Shown in pieces: positions 14,001 through 26,000 of a DNA stretch of 64,000 bases (position 1 is the stretch's first letter; each line of letters starts with the position of its first letter). The stretch comes from Phoronis australis (Eukaryota; Animalia; Phoronida), in assembly GCA_002633005.1 (NCBI GenBank), contig NMRA01000252.1, forward strand, positions 107,094 to 171,093. The letters are read 5' to 3'. A model generated the notes under the pieces. The model was not told where the DNA came from and searched no databases. It worked only from the letters and a program-made list of their open reading frames with translations. Both the position numbers and the translations under genes were made by a program.

Positions 14001-17000
14001 CACATTTTCAAATCCAGACGAAAGGAGTTTCCAAGATCAGGCAACAAGTTTTTAATTGTTAAATCGTGCTTGCAATCTTTTGTTGGCGCTCACAGGTTAA
14101 CATTTATCGTATTTTTGGATACAAACGACAATAACAAAAGTTTTTAAAGAGAAAATTCAATTTCGGAAGCCAATTTGAAAGAAAAAACTCTCGTTTTAGT
14201 CCACGATAGTTTGGTTTATTTCAGCCAGTGTTTTGGTACCTTGGAGTCATCGATAATGCAGTAATTGTCCTGCTTCACTAAAAGGAGTCAGACCAAAGTT
14301 TCTGATGCCGACAGTTTCTGTTTACCTCTTTAGTTACGAATGATAATTTCTTTTTAAAACACTGTGGTGGAAGGAAATAAAAGCACGCATTTATTTGCAG
14401 GCAGTTTGACAGATTTTACCAATACAACAGCCCGAGAAGGGCAAGCCAATAGTTTCAAAAAGTGGCGGCAAAGTAACGTGTTTTAAACAGCTTGAAAGAT
14501 ATGACGTCAAACGTGTCTGAAATAGTGGTGGTAACAACAGATCAAACTAATGTTTTGGCTTTCTGAAAGTACATGATCATGTTGCTCAAAGGTCGATAGT
14601 TTAAATAGACCATAGTCCAAAAAAGTTGACTGTCGGCCTTTCGGACTGCAAAAACATGCACTTTCTCTTTCTGTTATCTTTTACGATAAAATGTGAATTA
14701 AAATTTCTATTTGGTTAGTGTTCGTTATTTCGAAGCACATATAATTAAAGACAAAGATTGGACATTCTGCTATCAGTGGACGTGAAGCCACGTGTCTCAT
14801 GAGGCGCCATTTTTGTGTTGCAGCTCGCTGTTAACAACAGACGTGGTTGTAGGCAGATAAGGTGATTTGGTTTATTAACGCTTTTGATACATCGCATAAA
14901 AAGCACATATTAAATATCGCTGACTTCGACGTTGGCCGTTTTTGTTCAACACAATCCACTTTCAATGAAACCTAGTTCAAATCACTCTTTTAAATCACTG
15001 TGGTTTTCCACATGAAATTGTCGCGTGTTTTGTATGTCCGTAACCAGCTAGTCAAATGACCCGGTGACCGCAGCCTTGGCCGACTAGTCGTTAGTTCTCG
15101 AAAAATGTTTGTCTTCAGAATTCAACTTAACGCAACTTATGAAGTTACACATCATTGTGGAACGAGCCCCAGTTCTTTTAAACGGAATGTTTTCAACAAG
15201 GGCCAAAATTATTACCCGGTGGGTATCCTCACGTTTAGATGTATGTCGCAAGTAAAAGTTTGCGGCCTGAATTCAATTCTTTTTGGCAAAATAAAGAAGG
15301 ATATAGTTGTATCAAAAAACAATACAGTGCTTGCTGATAGTTCAGAAATAATAAATTTTTGAAGTTGGTGGAGGTCTAAACAAGATTTTAAATCTCAACC
15401 TTCTCGTTTCAAAAAAGTAGGCCTACTCTGCACCCACAGCTGTTAAGACGTTTCTCTCAATATCGTTAAGGATATCTCCAACCTTATTCACAAAAATTGG
15501 CCAGTTTTACAACATTTCACTTGTGTTTAGCAAAATACCTTCTCTTCATTCTCTGGGAACTTCAAATACAAAATATATACCGCGTAGCAAGAAAACAATG
15601 ATTTAGCAGAACCACCTTGGAACCGCACAACCGCGTGGATATTTGTTTACTACTTATCCAAGGTCAAAGGTTAAATGGCTTTGAATTAAATCGAACCTTC
15701 CGCCAGGTACAGAACAGCTTCGTATACCCTTAGTTCTTTCATTCACAAAGTTGCCATAACATTGAGCAAACGAGGTGTACTTATGATAGAATGGTGCCGC
15801 GGAAAACAAAAACAAGTCTCCCAGCACGTGACGTGTACAGGCTATGAACTGTGACCTACTTAGAAAGGAGGTCGTAAACAACAATAAAAGTTGACTGGGA
15901 ACGATACGTCTATTTGAGGTTTTAGTGATAATTAAGTTAGTTACGTACTGCAAAATCAGTTGACATTGCGAGTGAACGTTGAAATATCTAACATAGTTAA
16001 GGATTATATAGGTTATGTTTACCGAAAACAAGTTTTCACCGAATATTTAAGCGAAGACTTTGAGATTCTCACTCGTCCCAGTTTAATCAGCTTTTTCTCG
16101 GCTACGGCAAATCGACTTTATTTGAACTTAGGAACACTAGTTCTCGAAAACGGCCTGATGGATTTCGCTGAAACTTTACGAACTTAATATTTAGTCATCA
16201 GTCCCAAAAAATCTATTAGGATTTTTGATATAAAGGCCTAGTTTTTGCATAATGTGACAAAGACGAATACAACTTCAATTTTTTACAAAAATACCTTACG
16301 TTTTGCGAGTTGATTTGTCATAGGAAAAAAAACACACTAATTGAAAATTCCTAAAAGCGTTTTTGAGGTAACTGGTGAAGTTTTCATATACCCGTAAAAA
16401 AGATTCCATTAAAATCGACCAAGGGGTTATTTTGCTATGAATGTACCTTTCTTAAAAATGAAATTTTGACTTAAAACGGTTTTTGCGTAAAAATATTGGA
16501 GCATAAATACCAAAAAGTATATTTATATTTCCTGGTCTTTGTTCTTTCAGAAAATATATACTTTTAGTAGTTGACGAAGCTTAGTTTTTTGATATACGAG
16601 TTGGAGGCCTCTAAATAAGGCTGGAGTCAACATTCAGGCTGAACATAGGAAGCCCTTTAAAATCCTTTTGAAGCTACATTAATCCACTGTCCACTGTGGG
16701 ACGCTGAACCATACATGAGATGATTTTAAAATGTTTGACGACCATGATGTATTGTGTCCTCGTTAAATAAATCGAAACTTAATAATAATAATAATAATAA
16801 TAAAACGATAACGAGTAATAGTAGTGGTAGTGGCAATAGTAGTAATTGCAGTAATAGTCGTAATAGTAGTAATAGAAATGTAATACTAATAAAAATGATA
16901 ATGGGTGGCCAAATTCATGCCGTGTTAGCCGAAGAGTATCCTTTAGAAGAGGTACACGAAAAATGTCGCCCAAAAGGGTATTTTGTTCACAGCAAAAAAT

Positions 17001-20000
17001 ACTCTCCAATATGGTGCCACTTTCGACAAAATAGCATATAAAAGGGTGCCTTTTCTGAATTTCTGGAAGAGAACTGCGTGAAATGTGAATTTTTATACAA
17101 AATTAGTCCCTAAATGGGTCACTTGTTTGTCCGAGCCCACTCTCTAAACGGGTAAGTATCCAATTTTTTCGGGCGGCACCCCTCGTCCAAAAATACCCCT
17201 GTACCCCCGCCGTGTCTGATTGGCCATTTGTTCGTGATTTTGGTCATTTTCTTTGTAATATGACCTTGATTTCGTAAAATGTAAGAATAGTACATTTCTC
17301 GCATGTGCATTCGACGTGAAATGTAACAACTACGTATGTTGCTAAGCCTCTCCTAAAATATAACAAGTTGTTACATTTTAGGAGAGGCTTAGCAACATAA
17401 AATGTAACAGTGACGTAAAATGGTACATTTTACGAAATTGTTACATTTTACGGCGTATCACAGCTTCATTCTCCGTGAATTGAGAAGGAGCCTTACGGCT
17501 ATGGTTTAGCTTAGGCCAGCTGAGTGGCATTTTTGTTTTTCATTGACAAAAATACTGCAGCTCAAGTTTGAGAGGACAAACACTGTATCTTTTCAATCAA
17601 ATGCAATAGCTCATATGACGGACACATTTTCTCTCGTCAAGCCGGCGTAACCCCGTCGTAACCCGGGATGAACAACTAGACTTCCCTTCGAGGGGTATAG
17701 CTAGGCTAATTCCTGTTAACCTGTAGTTATTAAGATGTTAAAAAGACCAATAACAGTGTAACCCTTTGAAATGACCTGAACTCTGAATTCCCTCAACAGC
17801 AAAAGTGCAATTCGTGAAAACATGGAGTTGTCAAACAATTTAGATACGCAACCACGCTTGTACATGAAACTTGATAATTCTCAACTTCGTCCTTTATTTA
17901 TAGTATTGCACTTTCCCGGTCACAGTTCGTTCATGACTCGAGTATCCTGTTTTAGATTTTTGCAAGTAAGCATTCATATTTTCTTTCGAACAGTTTTAAA
18001 ACACCGTCAAAACAAGTGCTCAATATAAATAGAGACTGTTTCATGACAGCAACGAATGCCTCTTAACGCCATTCACAAACATCTGATAGAGATGAAAGTC
18101 CTGTTTCATCCATGAGAGGAATCATCACTTTGCAAAGTTTTGGATTTCTGTTTGCGTATATGAAGTTGTGAATATATTTTGGATACAGCAGTGTGTAGTA
18201 TTCCAGGGCTCTCTCCAACTAAGAAGAAGAAACAATTTTAATTAAGGGAACATCTTGAGGAAAACAGACGGAAATTAGCAATCTATCAATATACAATTGG
18301 CTGAAATGGTTAGCTGGCATGTTTCCAAAATAATATTTTACCATTTTAACATCATTCTGCTAATGTTTTTTCAGGTGATTGGCAACTCGGTTTGTGTCGG
18401 TCAGTGTTTCACGTACTCTGTTCCCAGAACAATCCCGGTGAACCCCGAGGACAACATGCTGCACTACTGCGACTCCTGCCGGCCAGCTGAGGTCACATGG
18501 AAACAGGTGCGTGGCAGTGAGTAGTAATCTTCCCTCTGATACAGCGTCACCTATACTGAAAAGTGTCCCTGTGGAAACATTATGAACGACGCACGAATTC
18601 CGTGGGTGGGCATGAATGCCCATGCTTGGTCGGAAATTTATCGATCACATCGCCACCACTTGCACACGCCTTCAGTGCACTGTACTTGTTTGGGCTTAGC
18701 CACGGGATCAGAGTTCTCTTGATTTTGTTTACTGCAATAACTGCCCGTTTTATTAAATTGCAACTATTCAAGTCAAAGGTGGTCGCCATACTACATAACG
18801 GTAAACTGAAAGGGGTTTCCCAGATTTCTACCAATCGGAATGACTGAATTTTATGACGTCGGTTTCATTACTTTAACCAATAAGAAGCCATGATAAACAA
18901 CATTGCACAGGGCTACCTTTCGTAGCACTGTGAAAGAGTGTAGTAGTAATCCTGTTCGACTAATTCACGGGAGATAGAAAACACAGCGCAGTGACGTGGG
19001 GATAAAAGGTCATTAATCTTATTCAGAAATGGCACCATGAATAAGATCAAACAATATAACATACCCGGTAAATCACTAACACAAAATTAGTATATACGTT
19101 TAGAAGATGGGCTCCAGAGCAGGATTAACATAAGATATCACAGTACAAAATACAAAAATACAAATTATATAAAAAATGGCAAAGACAAATAATAACGGAG
19201 ATAAAAATAGCCGTGGGAATGTACGGAATGATATTTAAAGAGGAAGAATTCGAGAATATATCAGCCGAGATAAGAACAACGAGGGCGGGGGTAGTGTTTC
19301 TTAAACAAGTGTCTTGCAAGAAAACAAGACTTAGCAAGGCAAAACCTCGCTTAATTATGCGAGTGAAAGGCGAGTGATCCGCGAAAGTTCTCAGGAGTCT
19401 ATCCTCGCCAAACGGTGCCCCACTGAAGGGATTGGTCGGTGAGGTTGCAATGTTAAACCATGACGTAACTAATAAGTAATGGAATAGAACTCATTATTTC
19501 CGTTCCACAATCGAAAATTTTTCGCTTAAAGTGTAAGCTTGTGTATTGTGGTCTACGAGATGCAACCCTGGGTAGCGCTCCGTCGACCAAGTTTCTTGCG
19601 AGATATTGCAGGACCTCGTGTGTCATGAGTATGATTAGGAGCTTAGTAGAAAATGGCGGCCATTGAAATGATTGATCAGCAAGGTTGGAATGTTGAACAA
19701 CGAGAGAGAATTCAGTTTGCTTATCTCTGTTTAGCTGTAAGTGCCTGGTAATGTAATAAGTCTACGGTACGCGACCCTGGCCTTGTTGGTGCTTTCTCAG
19801 CTGAAACACTGCTCTCCATTTTTCTCTCAAATTATTACCACTCCCAGTGCCAACGCTATTTTTACCTTTATCTGCTATTATATCTACCATGTTATATTGG
19901 GTGTGTGTATTTAGTAGTTTGTACTGTACGTGTGCACTGTGCGTGTGTACTAAATTATCATTCATACTATTTTTGGCGCTTTTGATTAACCAATCATTCC

Positions 20001-23000
20001 AAAACTTTTTTATTTTATCACCATATTTTGTATTTTTCTATTGTGCTATTTTCTTATCCATTGTCACGACAAAGAGCCTTTATCATCTTGTATCCGTATC
20101 TGGGAACGTAACTTCACTGGAACCACCTGGGACCTGTTACTCGAACAATACAGAGCCATTTTTAGTTTTGACTTTTAGTCTGCTACCGATCAGGCTATGG
20201 GTTTTTGTCTTTTGGGTTCGAGTTGTAGACAGATTTTTTGACGTTTAGTTTGATTTTGTAAAACAGGAAAAATATTCGTTAACTGATTTTCTGCCACATA
20301 GAAGACATAGACATAGAGTCTTCGCGAAACAGGTCATTTTTTCTTACATGAATGAACCGAACATAAATTCTTTTCATACCAACTATTGTCCTTTTCTCCC
20401 AAACAATTGTGTCGAGGTGTGTGTAACTTTTCGACTGGAGAAGACTAAGCGCATTTACAAGGGGCAATGGCGTAACTTCTAAGGTGGGGTGTGTCAGTAA
20501 TTGTCAGTTTAGTGAGAGAAAGATAGAAATGCTTAGGGAAGGAACAAAATAGTAATCCAAACTTCAGAGTGTTGAAGCAAACCTTTGCATGGGGACTCAT
20601 AGGCTGTTAGTGTTAATTTTCCCCTATACTCTTTACTGCGGGTTTTCTAAGCATTATCAAGTTTGGTTGTTATTTTCCACAAAACAGAATTTCTAATGTC
20701 GTGTTCTGCTTAAAATAAACAAGATAGTGTTTCACTCAAGGAGATGGTGGACAAGTTCATGAAGTAACATTATAATATTTTAGACTCGTGCAGCACTCAT
20801 GAGGCTTTGTTTTTCTTTCTAGGTAGATTCAGATCAACTAGTTTCAGCAGTTTCGTATTGAATGTTCCTCGAAGCAGGAGTATGTCTGAGAAAGTAGGCT
20901 TAAGATATATACACAAAACGTACCGAGAGTGGCGTACATGAAGGTCTCGGTCGATACGCGGAATAAGGTCGAGTGGGACATTTCGCCAATCGGAGTACGT
21001 TTTGTATTTAATATCCCATGGGCTTCGAATTCCTAAAGTTTCTTACATTTTTTTCTGCAGATTTTTCAAATACTTCACCCTTACTGTTGACATGGCGGAT
21101 CACATCCTATATGTATGTACTTGCACGTTAGGTTGCAAGTTTTCTCTTGTAAAAGAAACAGTTTTAAAAGTAACGATTTATTTCTTGAAAAGAGGTTGCA
21201 AAGATGAAAACAACGGCAACTGTGCAGTGAACTTGTAACATCTCCTGGAAATAGTTGAAAAAAACAATAGTATTTGATATTTTAATTTCCTACGAATCGG
21301 CGCCTGAGTTGCAGACGATATAGTATTCAGCAATTGAAAACTGAGACATAAGTGTTTTTTATACCACAATATTAACGTCGAATGGCAATTACAGCCATGT
21401 GATAACCCATTTAGTTATCTCACTAGTGAGATAACATTTTGCGGGAAATCGAGGCCGGATTCCAACCCGGGCCTCAAGAGTAACAAGTCGCCGACTTTAC
21501 CACTACACCGATCGTGAAAATAGAATACTAAATGAGCACGCGCAACAATCGCATGTTCAGCAAAGGGCATTGTACCGACATTTATACGCTATGAAAAATA
21601 AGATGCATAATTTCCATGAAAACGATATTTTAATTCAGTGAAATTTTTCTCTCGTGTTCTCTCACTTATAAATCACCGATCTCCAATTTGAATGCGGGTA
21701 TCGTATCGTCGGGATCCTTTGACTTGAGCATTATACTCAGTTACTAGTGGTAACCTACTTTAGCAGACGATATTTTCCCGGTCGAAGCTTAGCGTGATAA
21801 AAAGTGTAGTAAGCTATAATAGTTGCTAAACCTTAATTATAGGTTCACGTTATTTCTATTTTGTTTACATTTTCAATTGGTTTTGAGTAAAAACTTTATT
21901 TGACAAAAATAGCTCGGCTTTTCTTAAAAGGTCACGACCTCCGACCCCGGGCCTCTGACATAGAAAGTAGTTACAAAGACGAGGCGAGTCGAGAAAGGTA
22001 GATCGATTCATTGCAATGTTTTTCGTTCAGTATGTGGATTTTGTAGAATTATCGCCCTCGGGGCTAACGCCCCTCGGGCGATAATTCTCCAAAATCCAGT
22101 CGGGCTCTAGATAACGGGGGATAACGACTTCGCCATGTAATAATCTATATATAATTAACAGTTTTGTTTCAGATTTTACGTTTAGGATCTGGTTGCATGT
22201 CGAGTGTTAGTAACACTGCTGCAACTGTATTACTTTAAACTATGTTCGCAAAGTTTGATGATCGAACCGGCTAAAGACGTCGAGTCGACATTGACCTACC
22301 TTTTGAACTTTCCATGTCAGAGGTCGCTGTTGAAGTAGTGCGGGAGGTGAATACGGAAAACTTTATTACATGGCCGTATTTCCCTCGACAGATTCAACGC
22401 ACATGGGATAAAATGCAATTTTTAACCAATCAAGCTTTAAATCAATGAAGGACAAGATTACAATTTTGGCGGCGAGCTCAGGTCTAGTCATAGAGGCACA
22501 TGCCGTATCGAGCAAGTCGATAATACATCTTTGTACGTGGAACAACTCAAGTTAAAGAAAGTTCACCGTTAATAACGGTGTCGCTAAAGATGTTGCTATG
22601 GTGTTCAAGCTCGTGCTCGTGCAAACAAATCTTACCAAAGAAAAAAATTGCTCTTATCGCCGTCAGCATACAATAAATTGATGAACTGTTACCTCGGCCA
22701 CACAATAACTGAGCACACTTATGTGCTAGCCTCTACGTATAATTTGCTATAAGCATTCTTATCTCGGTAGAAAAGTTTAAAGACAAGGTTCTCGATACGA
22801 CCTTCAACGCTGAACGATGGACAGGCAAAACAAAACATTCGGCTGATACCACGACCAACGTTTTTGAGCAAAAAAGAATATTTAGTAAAAAATAGAGCTC
22901 GCTGCAATAATATCGCAAAGACATCAGCAGCGACTCCCTGGTTTGTGAAGCAAAATGCATCGTTGTGATGTGTGTAATTGAACTGGCAGTGCAGCTTTCA

Positions 23001-26000
23001 CATGATTGTTTGAGCTCTCATAAAATGGTAGTACATATTAACCAAAGGCAATCGAAAAGCGACCAAATAAAATAATGAAAATGGTGCAAAATTACGATAA
23101 ATATCACTCAGCTTGGTTGACGTTCTCTTTGCACTTCCTTGTCCAATCTGAACACACGAAGTTCCAAAAGGTTCAGGAAGTTGGACAAAATAGGTTCGAC
23201 AAACTTAAACCCCCTTCACTCCTGACAAGGATGGACAAGTGCCTATCTGCGCCTTTCCTAAATTCCAGCAACGACCGTGTCAGGCTATCGACTATAGACC
23301 CAATTCACGCCGACAGGAGGCGCGTTCCAAAACGAGGCTCGCTACGATAGCTCTGTTATCTTAGCGAGGCAGGTTATCGCGAACAGCTAGAAAAAATACG
23401 GACACTCAACTGTCTTCTTTACAATCCCTAAAGACGTTGAGATTTGGAAGCGTTGGGTCGTTGCCATACGCCGCGAGGGAGCAAAGTATGTCCGTGTAAA
23501 ATTTATAAATGTTTTCGAAAAGTTAGAACATATTTTGTCGCATCTCGGTTGCCAAGCCTGCATCATAGTAGGCCTGACGACCGGAGAATGGCCAGGCTGT
23601 GTTTTCATCACTACGGATTGAAACATTATAATTTTTCTTTCCAAAAAGGTCAGGTTCCTCAATCCCTCGAATTTGGGGCCCAATATCGGCCCTATTCCCC
23701 TCTCAAAAATATTGAAATATCACGCGAAATTCCCCCCACGAGGCATTAAAATTTCCCCTAGTGAAAAATTCTAGTTCACATCACCTATAACCACAGGCAC
23801 TAGCACCTTTTCTCTTCGGATGAACGAGGCTACTGGAGAAACATGATAACTATGATTGCTTTGTCCAGTTAACTGAAATTGAGTTCTAAAACGAGGTTAT
23901 GCTTTGGACGAACGAATTAAGTGTTTTAATTTTAAAATTCAACTTGGTCCAGATTGATATTTGAAACCTAACACATGAAATTGACGTAATTAAGAATTAT
24001 TACAACCAAGAAAGCAGAATTGATGGTCAAATAATTTTTCTTTTCAATTACGAGCCTGGCTTTTATTTGAATAAAAATATATTTAATAACATCAATTGTT
24101 CTTTCAGATCAATGACAAATCAACTGTTAGTCCCAGTGAGTGCATACCTGACCAGGGTCAGGCTATGCTTCAAGTTAATATTCTTGACCAACAAATTAAA
24201 CCAGATATGACTAATTGCACATGGCAGCCACCACTGTCGAATATGTCTTCAACTCGTCAACAATACAAGCAGATAACCTGGTTTGTGTAGAAAGTATTTT
24301 GATCAACAATTTAAATGAAAAAACGTAACCCTGCATTCAGCATAATTCCTAATCCGTATTGCCGCAATTTGGTCATATTTACTTTTCATGTTTCGAACCT
24401 AGTTTTCCGAAAAAAAAACCCTTTCGCCTTAACTTGTTCTCTAATGTAATTTTCTACGTCTCTGTGGTTAACTGTCGACACATTATTCAAATTTAAGATC
24501 CAGGTTGGACTCGAAAGACCGACTATTTAACTCACGCAATGTCAAATCCGCTTTGGATTTTAATGTCCGCCGCGTGAATTGGGCCTATATACAGGCGTTC
24601 CGTCCCAGAAGCGAACGTTTGATTCAGCTTTCTCACTACTCTAAATTGTTCTGGCTACGTACAGATGGACGGCAAGTGATTTGTGTCTTTGCAAAGACCT
24701 AACAGCTCATTAATCCTTGAGACCGAGCAAGTCAACTTTTAGAGGATGGTCTCAAGTACTATCGTACTATCATTGACTTCTCTTGAAACCTTAAATATCC
24801 CCTCCAGTTTGACTAGCCTCATTCCAACCTCCAGCGCACAGTCGGCAAGTTTCTGGCTATATTGGCATCCTTTTTTTAAAATTTCACGTGAGTTGACTAC
24901 CCATCAGTGATTTGCATTTAACGAACTAACGTCAGTACAGTGTACGCGCAGTGGCGGATCTACGGGGGGTTCAGGGGGTTTAAACCCCCCCCCCTTGGGC
25001 CAGGACCCAAAAATAAAAAAAAACATCTCCAGCAAAACAAAAACGGCATCTCTAGCATGTGAAAACCTCAAGTAAACCAACATGGAAAAAATTGAGGGGG
25101 GGTTCACTCTGAAAATATAATTTTTACATTGTGAATTACTGAGTCTTCGTGGCTCATCGGCAAAACGCGCGGGGATTAATTGTGCACGCGCTTCCGTCGA
25201 CACTTCTGAGGTAGCCACGCATTTTGGATGGATTCACCGCTGAAAGAGCAGTTCTTTGCCGATTTCTTTAGATAACTAGCTTCTTTACTCTAAGATATAT
25301 GTTGATTTCATTAGGGGAAATACTGCGGTGCCGCAACCCTGATGTTCAGGCGAATTGACGTGCAACGTTTTTACCTCATCTGTCATGCCGTGTCATTCTA
25401 TTACACTCCACACGTTTGTAACTGATGTATAGTAAAGTTGTCTTGCGCAATATCATACAGTGTACATGTACATGTAATATTTTTGAAAAAAAAATTCTTT
25501 TTCCGAAGAATCGTTATTGTGGCGGGCGCCGTGGTCTGGTCGCGAGTCCATTTGAAGATACACTCTAACAACTTATGTCTATACAAGGAATGACCAAGGG
25601 GGCACTCACACTTAGAAAGTGACCGCATTCGCGAAAAGTGTACAGTACCAGAAATTGTGGGGAGGCTGTTCTTTCACAACAAAGTCTTGCGGGACTCGTG
25701 CGATGTTCAATAGGCCTCCTAAGGAGCCCTTGTTCCGACCTCAACACCTAACGTCTTTCTACCTGCAATAAACACACGGAAGCACACTGGCGTCTTCTAT
25801 GCTGGGAATTTCCGCAGAAAGGCCCACTCGATGAAACGCTCATGCCCATGGGCATTTATTTGATATTAGTACTTTGGGTTTCAAGCGTTCAGACATTGGG
25901 ACGTTTATTTCGAAAATTACAAGAGATGCAAATAAGTCCTGGGATACATCGTCAAGATTTGAGTTGGTCCATGATGAACGGATCAAATTTAGTTGCGCAT

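Larger units (their letters stand above)
13619..17460. mobile_element. Long-TIR (foldback-like) non-autonomous DNA element, ~3.8 kb, with nested repeats
   Basis: TGATACGCCGTAAAATGTAACAATTTCGTAAAATG at 13619 is the exact reverse complement of the end at 17460. Inverted similarity extends ~190 bp and is built of AAATGTAAC sub-repeats. TSD not resolved. Confidence 0.85.

Noticed and set aside
15105-15362. ORF with AG/GT boundaries as a possible NBL1 exon
   Set aside because: No DAN similarity; exons 2 and 3 join directly and co-linearly with NBL1; it lies inside a TIR element.
19100-20250. Possible LTR/DIRS remnant or membrane-protein ORF (19847-20248)
   Set aside because: T-rich low-complexity sequence with no paired LTR, PBS or protein motif that I could verify.
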